A stretch of 64,000 nt of DNA from an uncultured candidate division Zixibacteria bacterium (GTDB lineage: Bacteria > Zixibacteria > MSB-5A5 > RBG-16-43-9). Each line of letters begins with the position of its first letter. The stretch's first letter is position 1. A model generated the notes under the pieces. The model was not told the DNA's origin, did no database searches, and was given only the letters and a program-made list of their open reading frames with translations. The DNA lies in the NCBI GenBank assembly GCA_963713865.1, contig OY970208.1, positions 96,001 through 160,000 on the forward strand. Reading direction: 5' to 3'. Positions 10,255 to 20,458 of this stretch are shown piece by piece. A program made the position numbers and the translations under genes.

Positions 10255-10415
10255 TTTCTACCTCTTTTTTGATTTTTTTGACTATAGCCTTTTCACCTTT
10301 AGCCTATAACCTGCCTTCTCAATTGCTAATTTTCGCAAGGCTAAAAAACTTGCTTTACACTCTTTCATACCACAGCTTTTAGCTATTAGCTACTTGCTAC
10401 GAGCTACCAGCTATT

Positions 10416-11180
10416 TTAGTCAGTTGTACTCACCTCTAACTCCACTATGCTCCCTTTCCTGACCTCAGCTCCTTCCTTGGGAATCTGGTTTAAAACTGTT
10501 CCGGGTAGAAGTTTATTCTTTACCTTATATTTTATCTTGCCTAATTTTAAACCGAAATTTTCGATCTCGGATTTGACCTCTTTAATATTTTCGCCTTTAA
10601 ATTTCGGAACCTTAACCACCTCTAAAGTATCTCCCTTATTAATCAGAACTCTGATCTCCATACTCAAAGGGACAGTAGTACCCGCAGATGGGAAGCTTTC
10701 TATCACCTCATCCGCAGGTAAACTGTCAGCCGATATGAAAACCGGCTCGCCAATTTTCAATCCACGCCCCTCTAAGGCTAATTCAGCCTGCCGTAGAGTC
10801 ATCCCTTTAAGCTGAGGGACAGTAGCTTTCTCCCCTCCTTTGCTCAGGACTACTTTGATTTTCCTTCCCTTTTTTACCTTCGATCCTGACTCGGGAATCT
10901 GGGATATGATGGTCCCGGCAACCCTTTTCAGATCATATTCTTCCCCTATGACCCTTAATTCCAGCACTTTGTCTTTGAGTATGGTGTTAGCTTCCTCCGG
11001 GCTCAATCCTAATAAATCTGGAACTGTTGACTCCTGCCCTAATCTAACGAATAATGGCATCAGAATCTGATCAAAAAGAAGTAAGAATAAGAGAATTGCT
11101 AAAATGAAAATTCCAGCTCTTATGAGCCATTTATTTTTAATAAATCTGGTAAACTTAGCTTTTATTTTCTCATTATCCAT
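10416..11180 (-). CDS. PASTA-domain membrane protein (3 PASTA repeats)
   Basis: One TM helix then three VP.L/F.G ... P..G..V repeats. Confidence 0.9.
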   Translation of the reverse strand: MDNEKIKAKFTRFIKNKWLIRAGIFILAILLFLLLFDQILMPLFVRLGQESTVPDLLGLSPEEANTILKDKVLELRVIGEEYDLKRVAGTIISQIPESGSKVKKGRKIKVVLSKGGEKATVPQLKGMTLRQAELALEGRGLKIGEPVFISADSLPADEVIESFPSAGTTVPLSMEIRVLINKGDTLEVVKVPKFKGENIKEVKSEIENFGLKLGKIKYKVKNKLLPGTVLNQIPKEGAEVRKGSIVELEVSTTD

Positions 11181-11306
11181 ATAAGTAAATATAATCTTTC
11201 AAACCTCGAAAGTCCAAAAATATTATAAATCTTTTTAGTCCGTAGGGGCGAGGTCACCTCGCCCCTACAATACAGGTCAGTCTAAAAATTATGCAATATA
11301 AAAGAT

Positions 11307-12641
11307 CTAAATTACTTTTCTGAGTTTCACTGCAAAAGTTCCATCCAAACCGTGAAGGTGAGGATAGGTTCTGACATATCCTTTTTTATTAACAACACTT
11401 TTGTCAACGAAATCTGAAGCATCTTCCTTTATAAAATTCTTTCTTTGCTCCAGGAATTGTTCGATAACCTTCTCATTTTCTTCTTCAGCCAAACTACAGG
11501 TAGTATAGACAATCACTCCATTTTTTTTAACGAGTTTTGAGGCATTAAAGAGGATAGCAGATTGAATTTTTGACAACCTTTTTATATCCTCTTTCTTCTT
11601 TTGCCATCTGGCATCTGAATTCCTGCCTAAAACTCCCAAACCCGAACAAGGGGCATCGATTAAAATCTTATCCACTGGCTCAGTTGAATAACTCCGGGCA
11701 TCTCCGATCTGAAAATCGACATTTTTAACCTCCAGCCTCTTACAATTCTCTTTTATCTTCTCCATTCTATCCTGGCTTACATCTAAAGCTATTAATTTAC
11801 CGGAATTTTTCATTAACTCTGCTGAGTAAGTTAATTTCCCCCCGGGAGCAGCACACATATCCAGAATCGTCTCCCCGGGTTTTGGGTTCAAAAGCATGAC
11901 TGGAAACCCCGCGCTTTCATCCTGAGGATAGATATAACCTTTTGAGAATAGAAAAAGATATTCTAAATCGATTTTCGATTCTATCCAGTAGAAGTTATTT
12001 AAGAAATCACCTCTTCTATATTTTATATTCTTTCTATCCAGCGCTCCCTCTAAATCCTTTTGCTCAATCTTTAAGCTATTTAGTCTTAAAGAGAGCTTAG
12101 CCTTCTGGTTAAAAGCCTCACACAGCTTGATCGTTCTTTCTTCCCCTAATTGCCTGAGCCAATCTTCGATCATCCAGTCCGGGAAAGAATGAATCGTACC
12201 AATGGCTTCAACCTTGTCTTTTTCCATCGAAGGAAAGGTAACCCTTTTTTTATCCCGGAGATAATTTCTTAATACCGCATTAACTAAACCAACTATCCCC
12301 TTATGCCCGAATCTCTTAGCTAATTTAACCGATTCATCCACAGCCGACCGATCCGGTACCCGGTCTAAATATTCTATCTGATATAATCCCAGTCTTAAAA
12401 TGTTCCTTATCCAGGGAGTCAAATCTTGAATCTTACCTTTAAGAAAAAAACTGAGGATATAATCCAGCCTTCTTCTCAGCTTGGTAACCCCATTTACCAA
12501 TTCCCGAATAAACCTATTATCTAAAGATGATAGTCTGAGATTTTTTGAATATTTCTCAATCGTCTCATTCGCAAAAGCAGATTTGGTTTCAATATCATAT
12601 AAGATTTTGAGAGCAACTTCTCTGGGATTTATCTTTTTCAT
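11307..12641 (-). CDS. rsmB: 16S rRNA m5C967 methyltransferase
   Basis: NusB-like N-terminus; LDMCAAPGGK, DAPCSG.G and YTTCS motifs. Confidence 0.93.
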   Translation of the reverse strand: MKKINPREVALKILYDIETKSAFANETIEKYSKNLRLSSLDNRFIRELVNGVTKLRRRLDYILSFFLKGKIQDLTPWIRNILRLGLYQIEYLDRVPDRSAVDESVKLAKRFGHKGIVGLVNAVLRNYLRDKKRVTFPSMEKDKVEAIGTIHSFPDWMIEDWLRQLGEERTIKLCEAFNQKAKLSLRLNSLKIEQKDLEGALDRKNIKYRRGDFLNNFYWIESKIDLEYLFLFSKGYIYPQDESAGFPVMLLNPKPGETILDMCAAPGGKLTYSAELMKNSGKLIALDVSQDRMEKIKENCKRLEVKNVDFQIGDARSYSTEPVDKILIDAPCSGLGVLGRNSDARWQKKKEDIKRLSKIQSAILFNASKLVKKNGVIVYTTCSLAEEENEKVIEQFLEQRKNFIKEDASDFVDKSVVNKKGYVRTYPHLHGLDGTFAVKLRKVI

Positions 12642-12659
12642 TTTTTTGTTTTTATCTTT

Positions 12660-12851
12660 CGTAGTGCGACCCTGCTTGTCCCGCTGTAAGCGGGATCAGG
12701 ATCGCTTGCTTTTTCGTAGGGCAACCCTTCAGGGTTGCTTATTGTTTTGGTAGGTCAGATATTCTTGTCTGACCCTAAAGAACAGACAAGAATGTCTGTT
12801 CTACCGCTTTTATTCCTTTGAACTTTTAAACCATTGAACTTTTGAACTTTT
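12660..12851. repeat. REP-like palindromes plus a TTGAAC(T/C)-type short tandem repeat
   Basis: cgtagtgcgaccctgcttgtcccgctgtaagcggg is nearly identical to 5390; gtaggtcaga..tctgacc; tandem ttgaactt units at 12818-12851. Confidence 0.7.
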
Positions 12852-15404
12852 TTAAATGACCTCCATAGGCGACAATAATTGATCCTGCCTTTTCACAAAA
12901 AGCCCTGCCCTTTTTATCAACAAACTCAAGACTTCCTTCTCCTTCATCCCGAAGCCGTAGATTAAAACCTCCTGAGGTCTTGCATGACCGGAACTGCCCA
13001 CCGATAAAAGCATTTTTAAGGTAGAACCTTCGTTTTCAAGTTTAAAGATCTCAAATCTAATATCCACTTCCCTCAACTCTTCTTTAGAGACACGGGAAAC
13101 CATCAAATTTCTTTGTGAGAGGGTATATTCTATTTTTTCTGTTATTTCCGTTTTAGCAATAGGTAGTTCTACTTTATAAAAAGCCGCATTTATAGCCGAA
13201 GATAATGATTCCGCTTTGGTAAAAATAGTTTTAGCCTCTAAGATTTTGAAACCTGAAGGTAGAGCTTTATTTAATTTTAACAAAAATTCATTTGAAAAAG
13301 GCTCGGTTAATTGTAAATCAAGATACTCGGCTTCTGAGATGAAACCTAAAGGAAGAGGTGGACCAAAGGCAATTTTAGGATGGGGATGAAAACCCTCTGA
13401 ATAGGCAATTGGGATGCCGCAACGCCTGATTGCCCGCTCGAAAGTTCTGAGCACATCTAAATGGGAGGTAAATCTAACTTCTTCACCTTTACTCCATCTC
13501 AATCTGATTTTACTTCGAGCAATCGTCGCAGTTGACACTGGAGCAATCTTTTTTTTCGTTCTGCCGTAACTATCCTCATCTTCTTTTTCAACCTTTATGG
13601 TTTTGCCTGTGATCTGCTCTATCTCTGGCTCCTTTTCTTCTATTACCTTTTCTGAGCTATAGGCTCTTTCTCTTTCCCTTTTGAGAAAATCTTTACTTAT
13701 CCCTTTATCTACATGCTCCCAGGGTAGAGGTTCATTAAAATCTCTTTGCCTGAGATACTCCTCAGGATTTATTTGATTCTTTTCAAAAGCGTTTCTCCAG
13801 AAAGCGTAATTGAAAAACTCAGTCCAGGCATCTAATCTTGCTCCACTTTTCCAGGCTGAATAGATAACCTTGCCAAGTTTTCTATCCCCTCTGCCTAAAA
13901 CCCCCTCTAAAAAGGATACCAGAGGGTCCCGATAGCTTACTTTTAAATTTCTGAAATCAAGTAAGTCCCTGAGCAGATAAATCTTTTTCTCGATTTCCTC
14001 GACTTTCTCCTCTTTCTCCCATTGAAATGGTGTATGTGGCTTGGGAGTAAAAGGAGAGACGGTGACATTCAGGCTTTTCCCCGAACCAAAATTTTTCCCG
14101 ATTTTAAAAACTTTTCTCACCAGCTCTGCAATCCCTTTTAAATCCTCTTCGGTTTCAGTCGGAAGCCCGATCATAAAGTAGAGTTTGATCAGATTCCAGC
14201 CTGAGGAATAGGCTATCTCCACGCTTTTGAGCAGGTCCTCTTCAGTGATATTCTTTCTGACGACATCTCTCAATCTCTGCGTGCCTGCTTCAGGTGCAAA
14301 GGTCAATCCGGTCTTCTTGGTCTGGGTAATAGTTTTAGCAATATCCATTGAAAATGAACCCGGACGTAAAGAGGGCAAGGCGATGGAGATTTTTTGGGAT
14401 GAAAACTTTTTCTGCAGTTTCTGCACCAACTCTGGTAAGCGGTGATAATCGGTTGAGGAAAGGGAAAGCAAGGAAATCTCCTCCCAGCCGGTACTGGCGA
14501 TTCCCAACTCAGCCTCTTTCAAAACCTGCTCTACGCTTTTTTCTCTCCTGGGTCTGTAAATCGCAGTGGCTTCACAGAACCGGCAGGCTTGGCCGCATCC
14601 TCTCATAATCTCCAGGGTAAGACGGTTATGAGTTGTCTCCATAAAGGGAACCAGAGGAGATGGAGTGTAATATTCCTGTTTCAGCTCTGGAATTGTATTA
14701 GCGTTAATCTTATCCGGGACTTCTGAGATTTTCGGTGAAAATCCTGCGAAATGATTATAAGAATTATACTTCGGCTTATAAAAAGTTGGAACATAAACCC
14801 CCTGAAGTCTGGAAAGCTCCAACAGTAACTCGCTTTTCTTTTTACCCGTCTTTTTCTTCATCTCTATTAAATCCAAAAGCTGATTTATAATCTCCTCCGC
14901 ATCGCCGATGACGAAAAGGTCAAAGAAATCTGCCATAGGCTCCGGGTTAAAAGCAGAAAACCCGCCAGCTATTATCAGAGGAAAATCCTCACCCCTTTCT
15001 TCTGAGAAAACAGGTATTCCAGATAGTTCTAAGATATTCAGCACACCGGTATAATTCAGCTCATAGCTTAATGAAAAACCGAGGACATCGAATTCTTTTA
15101 AAGGAGTAAGACTTTCCAGGGAAAAAAGCGGGATAGAGTTTTCTCTCAAAATCTCCTCGGCATCCGGCCAGGGCAAAAAGGCTCTTTCACATAAGGTTGC
15201 TGGTCTTTTGTTGATTATATGGTATAGAATCTGCAACCCTAAATACGACATCCCGATCTCATAGATATCCGGATATATCAGGGTAAACTTGAGCTTATCC
15301 GTATGATCTTTTTTGATAACGTTCAGTTCGTTCCCGATATATCGACCGGGTTTGATCACAAACGGAAGAAGCTCATTTTTAATTCTTTTAGATAAAGTGT
15401 GCAT
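12852..15404 (-). CDS. TIGR03960-type radical SAM protein fused to a TIGR03936/DUF2344 domain
   Basis: KPGRYIGNE, PD.YEIGMS, RGC..ACRFC and TFAPEAG motifs; C-terminal SHLD..R..ERA.RR..IP.AYSEGFHPHP. Confidence 0.9.
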   Translation of the reverse strand: MHTLSKRIKNELLPFVIKPGRYIGNELNVIKKDHTDKLKFTLIYPDIYEIGMSYLGLQILYHIINKRPATLCERAFLPWPDAEEILRENSIPLFSLESLTPLKEFDVLGFSLSYELNYTGVLNILELSGIPVFSEERGEDFPLIIAGGFSAFNPEPMADFFDLFVIGDAEEIINQLLDLIEMKKKTGKKKSELLLELSRLQGVYVPTFYKPKYNSYNHFAGFSPKISEVPDKINANTIPELKQEYYTPSPLVPFMETTHNRLTLEIMRGCGQACRFCEATAIYRPRREKSVEQVLKEAELGIASTGWEEISLLSLSSTDYHRLPELVQKLQKKFSSQKISIALPSLRPGSFSMDIAKTITQTKKTGLTFAPEAGTQRLRDVVRKNITEEDLLKSVEIAYSSGWNLIKLYFMIGLPTETEEDLKGIAELVRKVFKIGKNFGSGKSLNVTVSPFTPKPHTPFQWEKEEKVEEIEKKIYLLRDLLDFRNLKVSYRDPLVSFLEGVLGRGDRKLGKVIYSAWKSGARLDAWTEFFNYAFWRNAFEKNQINPEEYLRQRDFNEPLPWEHVDKGISKDFLKRERERAYSSEKVIEEKEPEIEQITGKTIKVEKEDEDSYGRTKKKIAPVSTATIARSKIRLRWSKGEEVRFTSHLDVLRTFERAIRRCGIPIAYSEGFHPHPKIAFGPPLPLGFISEAEYLDLQLTEPFSNEFLLKLNKALPSGFKILEAKTIFTKAESLSSAINAAFYKVELPIAKTEITEKIEYTLSQRNLMVSRVSKEELREVDIRFEIFKLENEGSTLKMLLSVGSSGHARPQEVLIYGFGMKEKEVLSLLIKRAGLFVKRQDQLLSPMEVI

Positions 15405-15479
15405 ATAATCCTTAATCCTCTTATTCCTTCAAAGTTAATATAATCAGAAAAGGATAAAATAGATAAAGAAAAAAGTCGA

Positions 15480-15680
15480 GAGAAGGCGGGGGTGACCCGT
15501 TCTTCAACTCCGCTCAGGATGGTGACAGTTCGATTTCTCTCACTGTCCCTGAGCAAGGTCGAAGGGAGCTTGTCGAACCGCCGGGTCGCCCCTGCTAATT
15601 GCGGGTTATCAATCAATAGACCCGGGTTGCCTCAACATGGATCAAAACCCTCACCTTGTTGGCAAGGTGGAGCTATTATC
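15480..15680. repeat. REP-like palindrome cluster
   Basis: gggtgacccg..cgggtcgcccct; gctcagg..cctgagc; ctcaccttgttggcaaggtggag. Confidence 0.6.
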
Positions 15681-15765
15681 TAACTGCAAATTGTCACTCT
15701 TAGCCTGACGAATGCTAATCAGCCTGAGATGGATACCGCTTATATAGGCGAAAAATCTTACGACG

Positions 15766-16857
15766 TTAATCTCCAAAATATGTTCCTAAGGAGCGTGCAG
15801 ATTTTATCAAGGGATAATCTAAAGGAACTGTCTTGGGTCCCTGAGCCACGGTTTTTAAAGGCACTTTAACCAATGAACTGTTTTTTACTCCAACCATATA
15901 TCCAAATTCTTTTTTTACCACCATATCAACTGCCCTAACACCTAACTGTGTTGCTAGTATCCGGTCAAAAGGGGTAGGAGCTCCTCCTCTTTGAAGATGA
16001 CCCATTACCACAGTCCGAGTTTCAAGTCCGGTTATTTTTTCTATCTGTTCTCCGAGGACAAAACCTATTCCTCCGAGTCGAATTGGATCTGCGCTCTTTT
16101 TCACTATCCTTTGTATCACAACTTTGCCACCTTTGGGTTTAGCTCCTTCAGCCACTATCACAATGCTGAACCTCTTTCCCCTCCTGTTTCTTTCTTCAAC
16201 CTTTTTAGTTACTATTTTAATATCGTATGGAATCTCCGGAATGAGGATAATATCAGCTCCTCCTGCCACTCCCGAATGAAGCGCAATCCACCCGGAACTG
16301 TGACCCATAACCTCTAAAATCATAATTCGGTGATGAGATTCTGCAGTGCTATGAATCCTGTCGATCCCTTCAGTAGCAATCCATACAGCAGAATCAAAAC
16401 CAAAACTAATATCCGTTCCCTTCAAATCGTTGTCAATGGTCTTAGGCACTCCTACAATGAGGATCCCTTCTTTAAACAGTTTGTAGGCTATACCCAGGGT
16501 ACCATCTCCTCCTACGCAAACCAGGCAGTCAAGGTCAAGGTTTTTTATATTCTGAATTGCATTTTTCGATAGATCTTTAAATTCTATTCTATCCCTCTTG
16601 ATTACAGGATACTTATATGGATTTGCGGTTTTAGAAGTACCCAATATTGTGCCACCCAGAGTAAGTATCCCTGAAACATCGTTATATTCGAGTTTCCTGT
16701 GTCGATTACTTATTAGCCCTTCATAACCATCCTCTATCCCTATAACTTCCATATCTTTCTCCAGGATGGCTTTCTTTGTTACCGCACGTATTACAGCATT
16801 TATACCGGGACAATCTCCTCCGCCAGTGAGAATTCCGATTCTTTTTTTCTTTTTCAT
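15766..16857 (-). CDS. pfkA: 6-phosphofructokinase
   Basis: TGGGDCPG, GGTILG, GGDGT, PKTIDND and GHLQRGG motifs. Confidence 0.93.
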   Translation of the reverse strand: MKKKKRIGILTGGGDCPGINAVIRAVTKKAILEKDMEVIGIEDGYEGLISNRHRKLEYNDVSGILTLGGTILGTSKTANPYKYPVIKRDRIEFKDLSKNAIQNIKNLDLDCLVCVGGDGTLGIAYKLFKEGILIVGVPKTIDNDLKGTDISFGFDSAVWIATEGIDRIHSTAESHHRIMILEVMGHSSGWIALHSGVAGGADIILIPEIPYDIKIVTKKVEERNRRGKRFSIVIVAEGAKPKGGKVVIQRIVKKSADPIRLGGIGFVLGEQIEKITGLETRTVVMGHLQRGGAPTPFDRILATQLGVRAVDMVVKKEFGYMVGVKNSSLVKVPLKTVAQGPKTVPLDYPLIKSARSLGTYFGD

Positions 16858-17101
16858 ACAGTACCTATCTGTTTTATTACTTTTTAATTATTTACTACAT
16901 CATCCATTTAGTCGATAAGTCTACCTCTGTGAATTCTTACCTAAGATACAAGCATGTTAATAAGACTGAAAAAACAGAAGTTAAGGGAAATCATAAGAAC
17001 AAGTTGAGGGGCTTTTTTGTTCTGTCAGGTACTAGACCTGGTGCGCCTTAGGCTAATCAGGAGAATTTCCTGACATATCACACAAAAGATAAAGTCAGCG
17101 A

Positions 17102-17635
17102 CTAAACCGCTTCCATCCCTTTTTTCAAAGCCTCAGTATCTAAATTTATGATCTCCTGCCTGGCACGGGGGAAGACTTTCTTTAAAGATTTTTTAAGAGC
17201 ATCAAAGGAAATCGCACCGGTAAGCCTGGAATAAGCTCCAATCATCACCATATTGGCGATCTTGGTGGTGCCTAATTTTTCGGCAATCTCATTTGCCTGA
17301 ATATAATGAACCTTTATGTCATCTCTTTTTGGCTTTCCTGAGATCAGGGAGCTATTTATCAAGAGAAGACCTCCTTTTCTTGCAGATGGTTCAAATTTGG
17401 TTAAAGAAGGTTCATTCATAACGATTAAAGTATCAGGATATGCCACCACGGGCGAAGCAACCTCCTCTGAGGAAACAACCACTGAGCAGTTTGCAGTTCC
17501 CCCCCTCATCTCTGCCCCATAAGCCGGGAAAAAGGTTACATATTTCCCCTCCGTCATCCCGGCATAGGCTAAAAGAATTCCTGCCGAGATTATTCCCTGC
17601 CCTCCGAAACCTGACATTATCACACCTTGATACAT
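17102..17635 (-). CDS. 2-oxoacid:ferredoxin oxidoreductase, gamma subunit
   Basis: GFGGQG, YGAEMRGGTA and NMVMIGA motifs. Confidence 0.9.
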   Translation of the reverse strand: MYQGVIMSGFGGQGIISAGILLAYAGMTEGKYVTFFPAYGAEMRGGTANCSVVVSSEEVASPVVAYPDTLIVMNEPSLTKFEPSARKGGLLLINSSLISGKPKRDDIKVHYIQANEIAEKLGTTKIANMVMIGAYSRLTGAISFDALKKSLKKVFPRARQEIINLDTEALKKGMEAV

Positions 17636-17664
17636 CCATTCCTCCAATTTTAAGAGAACAAAAT

Positions 17665-18456
17665 CTAAACTGTCTCCAAGACCTTCTGGGTTTTTACCTT
17701 AGCTGTTTCCTTTTTCTCGTCTATGGTTTTATACTCACCTAAAGGGTAATAGGGAATCATCATCTTATCAACATAATCAATGGCTTGCAAAGGAGTCATA
17801 AACCAGTCAGTTGGACACTGAGAGACTATCTCAACCAGAGAGAAACCTAAATCCTCCATCTGTACCTGAAAAGCTTTTTTAATCGCCTTTTTAGCTTTTA
17901 AAACATTGGCTGGCTTATGCACCGAGACTCTGGCTAAATAGGCTGGAGCATCTAAAGAAGACAAAAGCTCACACATCTTAATCGGATATCCATTAACTCT
18001 TGGGTCTCTACCAAAGGGCGAAGTTGTAGATTTCATCCCTATAAGGGTAGTTGGTGCCATCTGTCCGCCGGTCATACCATAAATAGCATTGTTTACGAAG
18101 ATAATGGTTATCCTTTCTCCCCTGGCAGCTGAATGAATCGTCTCTGCCATACCGATCGAAGCCAAATCTCCATCCCCCTGATAGCTGAAAACGATACAAT
18201 CCGGTTTAACCCTTTTCATCCCGGTGGCAACTGCCGGACCCCTGCCGTGAGCTGGCTGAATCATATCGCAGTTAAAATATTCATCTGCAAAAACTGAACA
18301 TCCAACCGGTGCAATCCCGATGGTCCTTTTTCTTATGCCTAATTCCTCAATCGTTTCTGCTACTAATCTATGGATTACCCCGTGTCCACAGCCAGGACAA
18401 TATCGCATTAAGATTTCGGTTAAACCCTTGGTTCTCTCAAAAACTTTCTTCTCCAT
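17665..18456 (-). CDS. 2-oxoacid:ferredoxin oxidoreductase, beta (TPP-binding) subunit
   Basis: YCPGCGHG, HGR, QGDGD..NN.IYGMTGGQ motifs; ATG at 18456 with GGAGG SD. Confidence 0.92.
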   Translation of the reverse strand: MEKKVFERTKGLTEILMRYCPGCGHGVIHRLVAETIEELGIRKRTIGIAPVGCSVFADEYFNCDMIQPAHGRGPAVATGMKRVKPDCIVFSYQGDGDLASIGMAETIHSAARGERITIIFVNNAIYGMTGGQMAPTTLIGMKSTTSPFGRDPRVNGYPIKMCELLSSLDAPAYLARVSVHKPANVLKAKKAIKKAFQVQMEDLGFSLVEIVSQCPTDWFMTPLQAIDYVDKMMIPYYPLGEYKTIDEKKETAKVKTQKVLETV

Positions 18457-18520
18457 AAATCCTCCCAAAAAAGCATGTAGCAAGTAGCTGGCAGCTTTTA
18501 AAAAATTCTTCTGTCTTAAA

Positions 18521-19582
18521 TCAACCTCTCATAATGTTTTTAACTACTTCCAAAACTTCCTCACCCGTGGGTATTCCACCCGAAGGTCTGCCGTGTAAAT
18601 AAACCTTGGCTTTACCTTCAACTGCTAATCTGACATCGTCCACTAATTGACCAAGGCTCATCTCCACAGTCAGAATCTTTTTAATTCGCTCTGAGAGTTT
18701 GCTGATAATCTTGGTTGGAAAAGGCCATAAAGTAGTAGGTCTTAAAAGCCCGATTTTTATACCCTCTTTTCTACCTGACATTAAAGCTGATTTTGAAATC
18801 CGGGAAGAGGTCCCGTAAGCTATCAAGAGAATCTCCGCATCCTCAACCTCGACCGCCTCGTATTTTACCTCCTTCTCCTCGATCTCTTTGTATTTTTCAT
18901 CTAATTTTAAAGTCATCTTTTCTAAAAATCCGGGCCTTAAGTCATAAGACCTAATCACTCTTCTTTCCCGACCTTCTGCATTTCCTAAAACCCATTCTTT
19001 CACAGGTAATTTAGAAGGATCAACCGGTTCAAAATCGAACTCTATCGGCTCCATCATCTGACCTAAAAGACCATCTGTAAGAACCATAGTAGCTATTCTG
19101 TACTTTTCAGCTAAATCATAACACTTCTTCGGGAAATTACCCATTTCGGAAACTGAATTGGGTGCAAAAACTATTACCCGGTAATCACCATGTCCACCCC
19201 CTCTGGTAGCTTGATAATAATCACCCTGAGATGGGGCAATATTCCCTAAACCCGGTCCTCCCCGCATCACATTTGCATAGAAGATTGGAAGATTAGCACC
19301 TGAAATATAAGAAATCCCTTCTTGCTTGAGACTTATACCAGGACCGGAAGAGGAGGTCATAACTCTGGCACCACAGGCAGAAGCACCAAAAAGCATATTT
19401 ATGGCCGCAACCTCACTTTCTGCTTGAATGAAAGTTCCACCAACCTCAGGCAGTCTCCAGGAAAGGTATTCCGGCACCTCGTTCTGGGGAGTAATTGGAT
19501 AACCGGAAAAAAACCTGCATCCAGCCCTTACCGCCCCTTCAGCTAAAGCCTCATTCCCCTTCATCAGTAACTTTTCACCCAT
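18521..19582 (-). CDS. 2-oxoacid:ferredoxin oxidoreductase, alpha subunit (VorB-like)
   Basis: GNEA, GYPITPQ, QAESE and RGGPGLG motifs. Confidence 0.92.
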   Translation of the reverse strand: MGEKLLMKGNEALAEGAVRAGCRFFSGYPITPQNEVPEYLSWRLPEVGGTFIQAESEVAAINMLFGASACGARVMTSSSGPGISLKQEGISYISGANLPIFYANVMRGGPGLGNIAPSQGDYYQATRGGGHGDYRVIVFAPNSVSEMGNFPKKCYDLAEKYRIATMVLTDGLLGQMMEPIEFDFEPVDPSKLPVKEWVLGNAEGRERRVIRSYDLRPGFLEKMTLKLDEKYKEIEEKEVKYEAVEVEDAEILLIAYGTSSRISKSALMSGRKEGIKIGLLRPTTLWPFPTKIISKLSERIKKILTVEMSLGQLVDDVRLAVEGKAKVYLHGRPSGGIPTGEEVLEVVKNIMRG

Positions 19583-19615
19583 CTTTAAACTCTCCTTTAG
19601 TTCATCAAAAAATAA

Positions 19616-19819
19616 TCACTTATAGACTTCTATTGCCACATCCGGGCAAACCAGAGCACACAGGGTACAGCCGGTACATTTTTCCGGTTTAACCATAGTC
19701 GCAGGATAGTATCCGGTAGAGGCAAACTTCTCCGACATCCCGATAACCTTGTAGGGACAGGCTACCACGCAAAGCTCGCACCCTTTACATCTTTTGATAT
19801 CTACTTCGATCCTCGGCAT
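19616..19819 (-). CDS. 2x[4Fe-4S] ferredoxin (delta subunit)
   Basis: CKGCELCVVACP and CTGCTLCALVCP. Confidence 0.92.
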   Translation of the reverse strand: MPRIEVDIKRCKGCELCVVACPYKVIGMSEKFASTGYYPATMVKPEKCTGCTLCALVCPDVAIEVYK

Positions 19820-19914
19820 ATTGACCTCTTTTGATTTAAAAAACAAAAAGATTAGATCAATTTAAAAAAATAAATCTGAAAAGCAAGCTTTTTTGTAACT
19901 TTTCTCGCAAACTA

Positions 19915-19945
19915 AAAACCGCCAAAAACAGATTAACTGGCGGTT
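19915..19945 (-). terminator. Probable intrinsic terminator
   Basis: aaccgcca ... tggcggtt stem followed by a T-run on the minus strand. Confidence 0.55.
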
Positions 19946-19992
19946 ATCAGGTAATTCAAATTTTTCTATTAAAACCTCTAATCTATAATAAA

Positions 19993-20184
19993 TTACTTAT
20001 AAAATCTATCCTGATTACATTTGCATACGCTCACATTTTTTCCCCTGAACTTCCAGGAGCCGTTATCAGCTTTGACCGATTCAACATACAGGATTGGTTG
20101 TTTAGCTCCACCACATTTTGGACAATAAACCACATGCTTTTCTTTTTTGACCTTTTCCGCAAAGGTCATCTGTTTTCTGGGCAT
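19993..20184 (-). CDS. Small basic Cys4 protein
   Basis: 63 aa with CPKC ... CKC; strong AAAGGAG SD. Confidence 0.75.
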   Translation of the reverse strand: MPRKQMTFAEKVKKEKHVVYCPKCGGAKQPILYVESVKADNGSWKFRGKNVSVCKCNQDRFYK

Positions 20185-20193
20185 ATATCTCCT

Positions 20194-20394
20194 TTAAAAT
20201 CTAAATTTTAAATCTTGAATCAGCTTTTCACATTCTTTTCGGATGAGCAAAGCTTGATAAATCAACTCAGCTTTTTTATATTTGGAGCTTTTTTTAATCA
20301 AAGCGTCTCTAAATTTTTGCTCTGCTACTTTGAACTCCTTCGATTTTAGAGACTTGATACCATCTAAGAAAAGCTTGTCATCCTTTTCCATCAA
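20194..20394 (-). CDS. Small hypothetical helical protein
   Basis: 66-aa ORF co-oriented with its neighbours; AAGGTAGG SD-like sequence. Confidence 0.55.
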   Translation of the reverse strand: MMEKDDKLFLDGIKSLKSKEFKVAEQKFRDALIKKSSKYKKAELIYQALLIRKECEKLIQDLKFRF

Positions 20395-20458
20395 CCTACC
20401 TTAATTTAAAACGTTTTCAGGGTAAAGCTTATTTGAAAATAAGAAAATAATGTTCGAT

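Noticed and set aside
12852-15404. Radical SAM-DUF2344 fusion as a novelty
   Set aside because: The fusion or adjacency of these two families is already well known.
15700-15772. Possible attC after pfkA (GATTAAC ... GGCTGATTAGCATTCGTCAGGC on the minus strand)
   Set aside because: R' reads GTC rather than GTT, the arms do not pair convincingly, and no matching cassette start was found.
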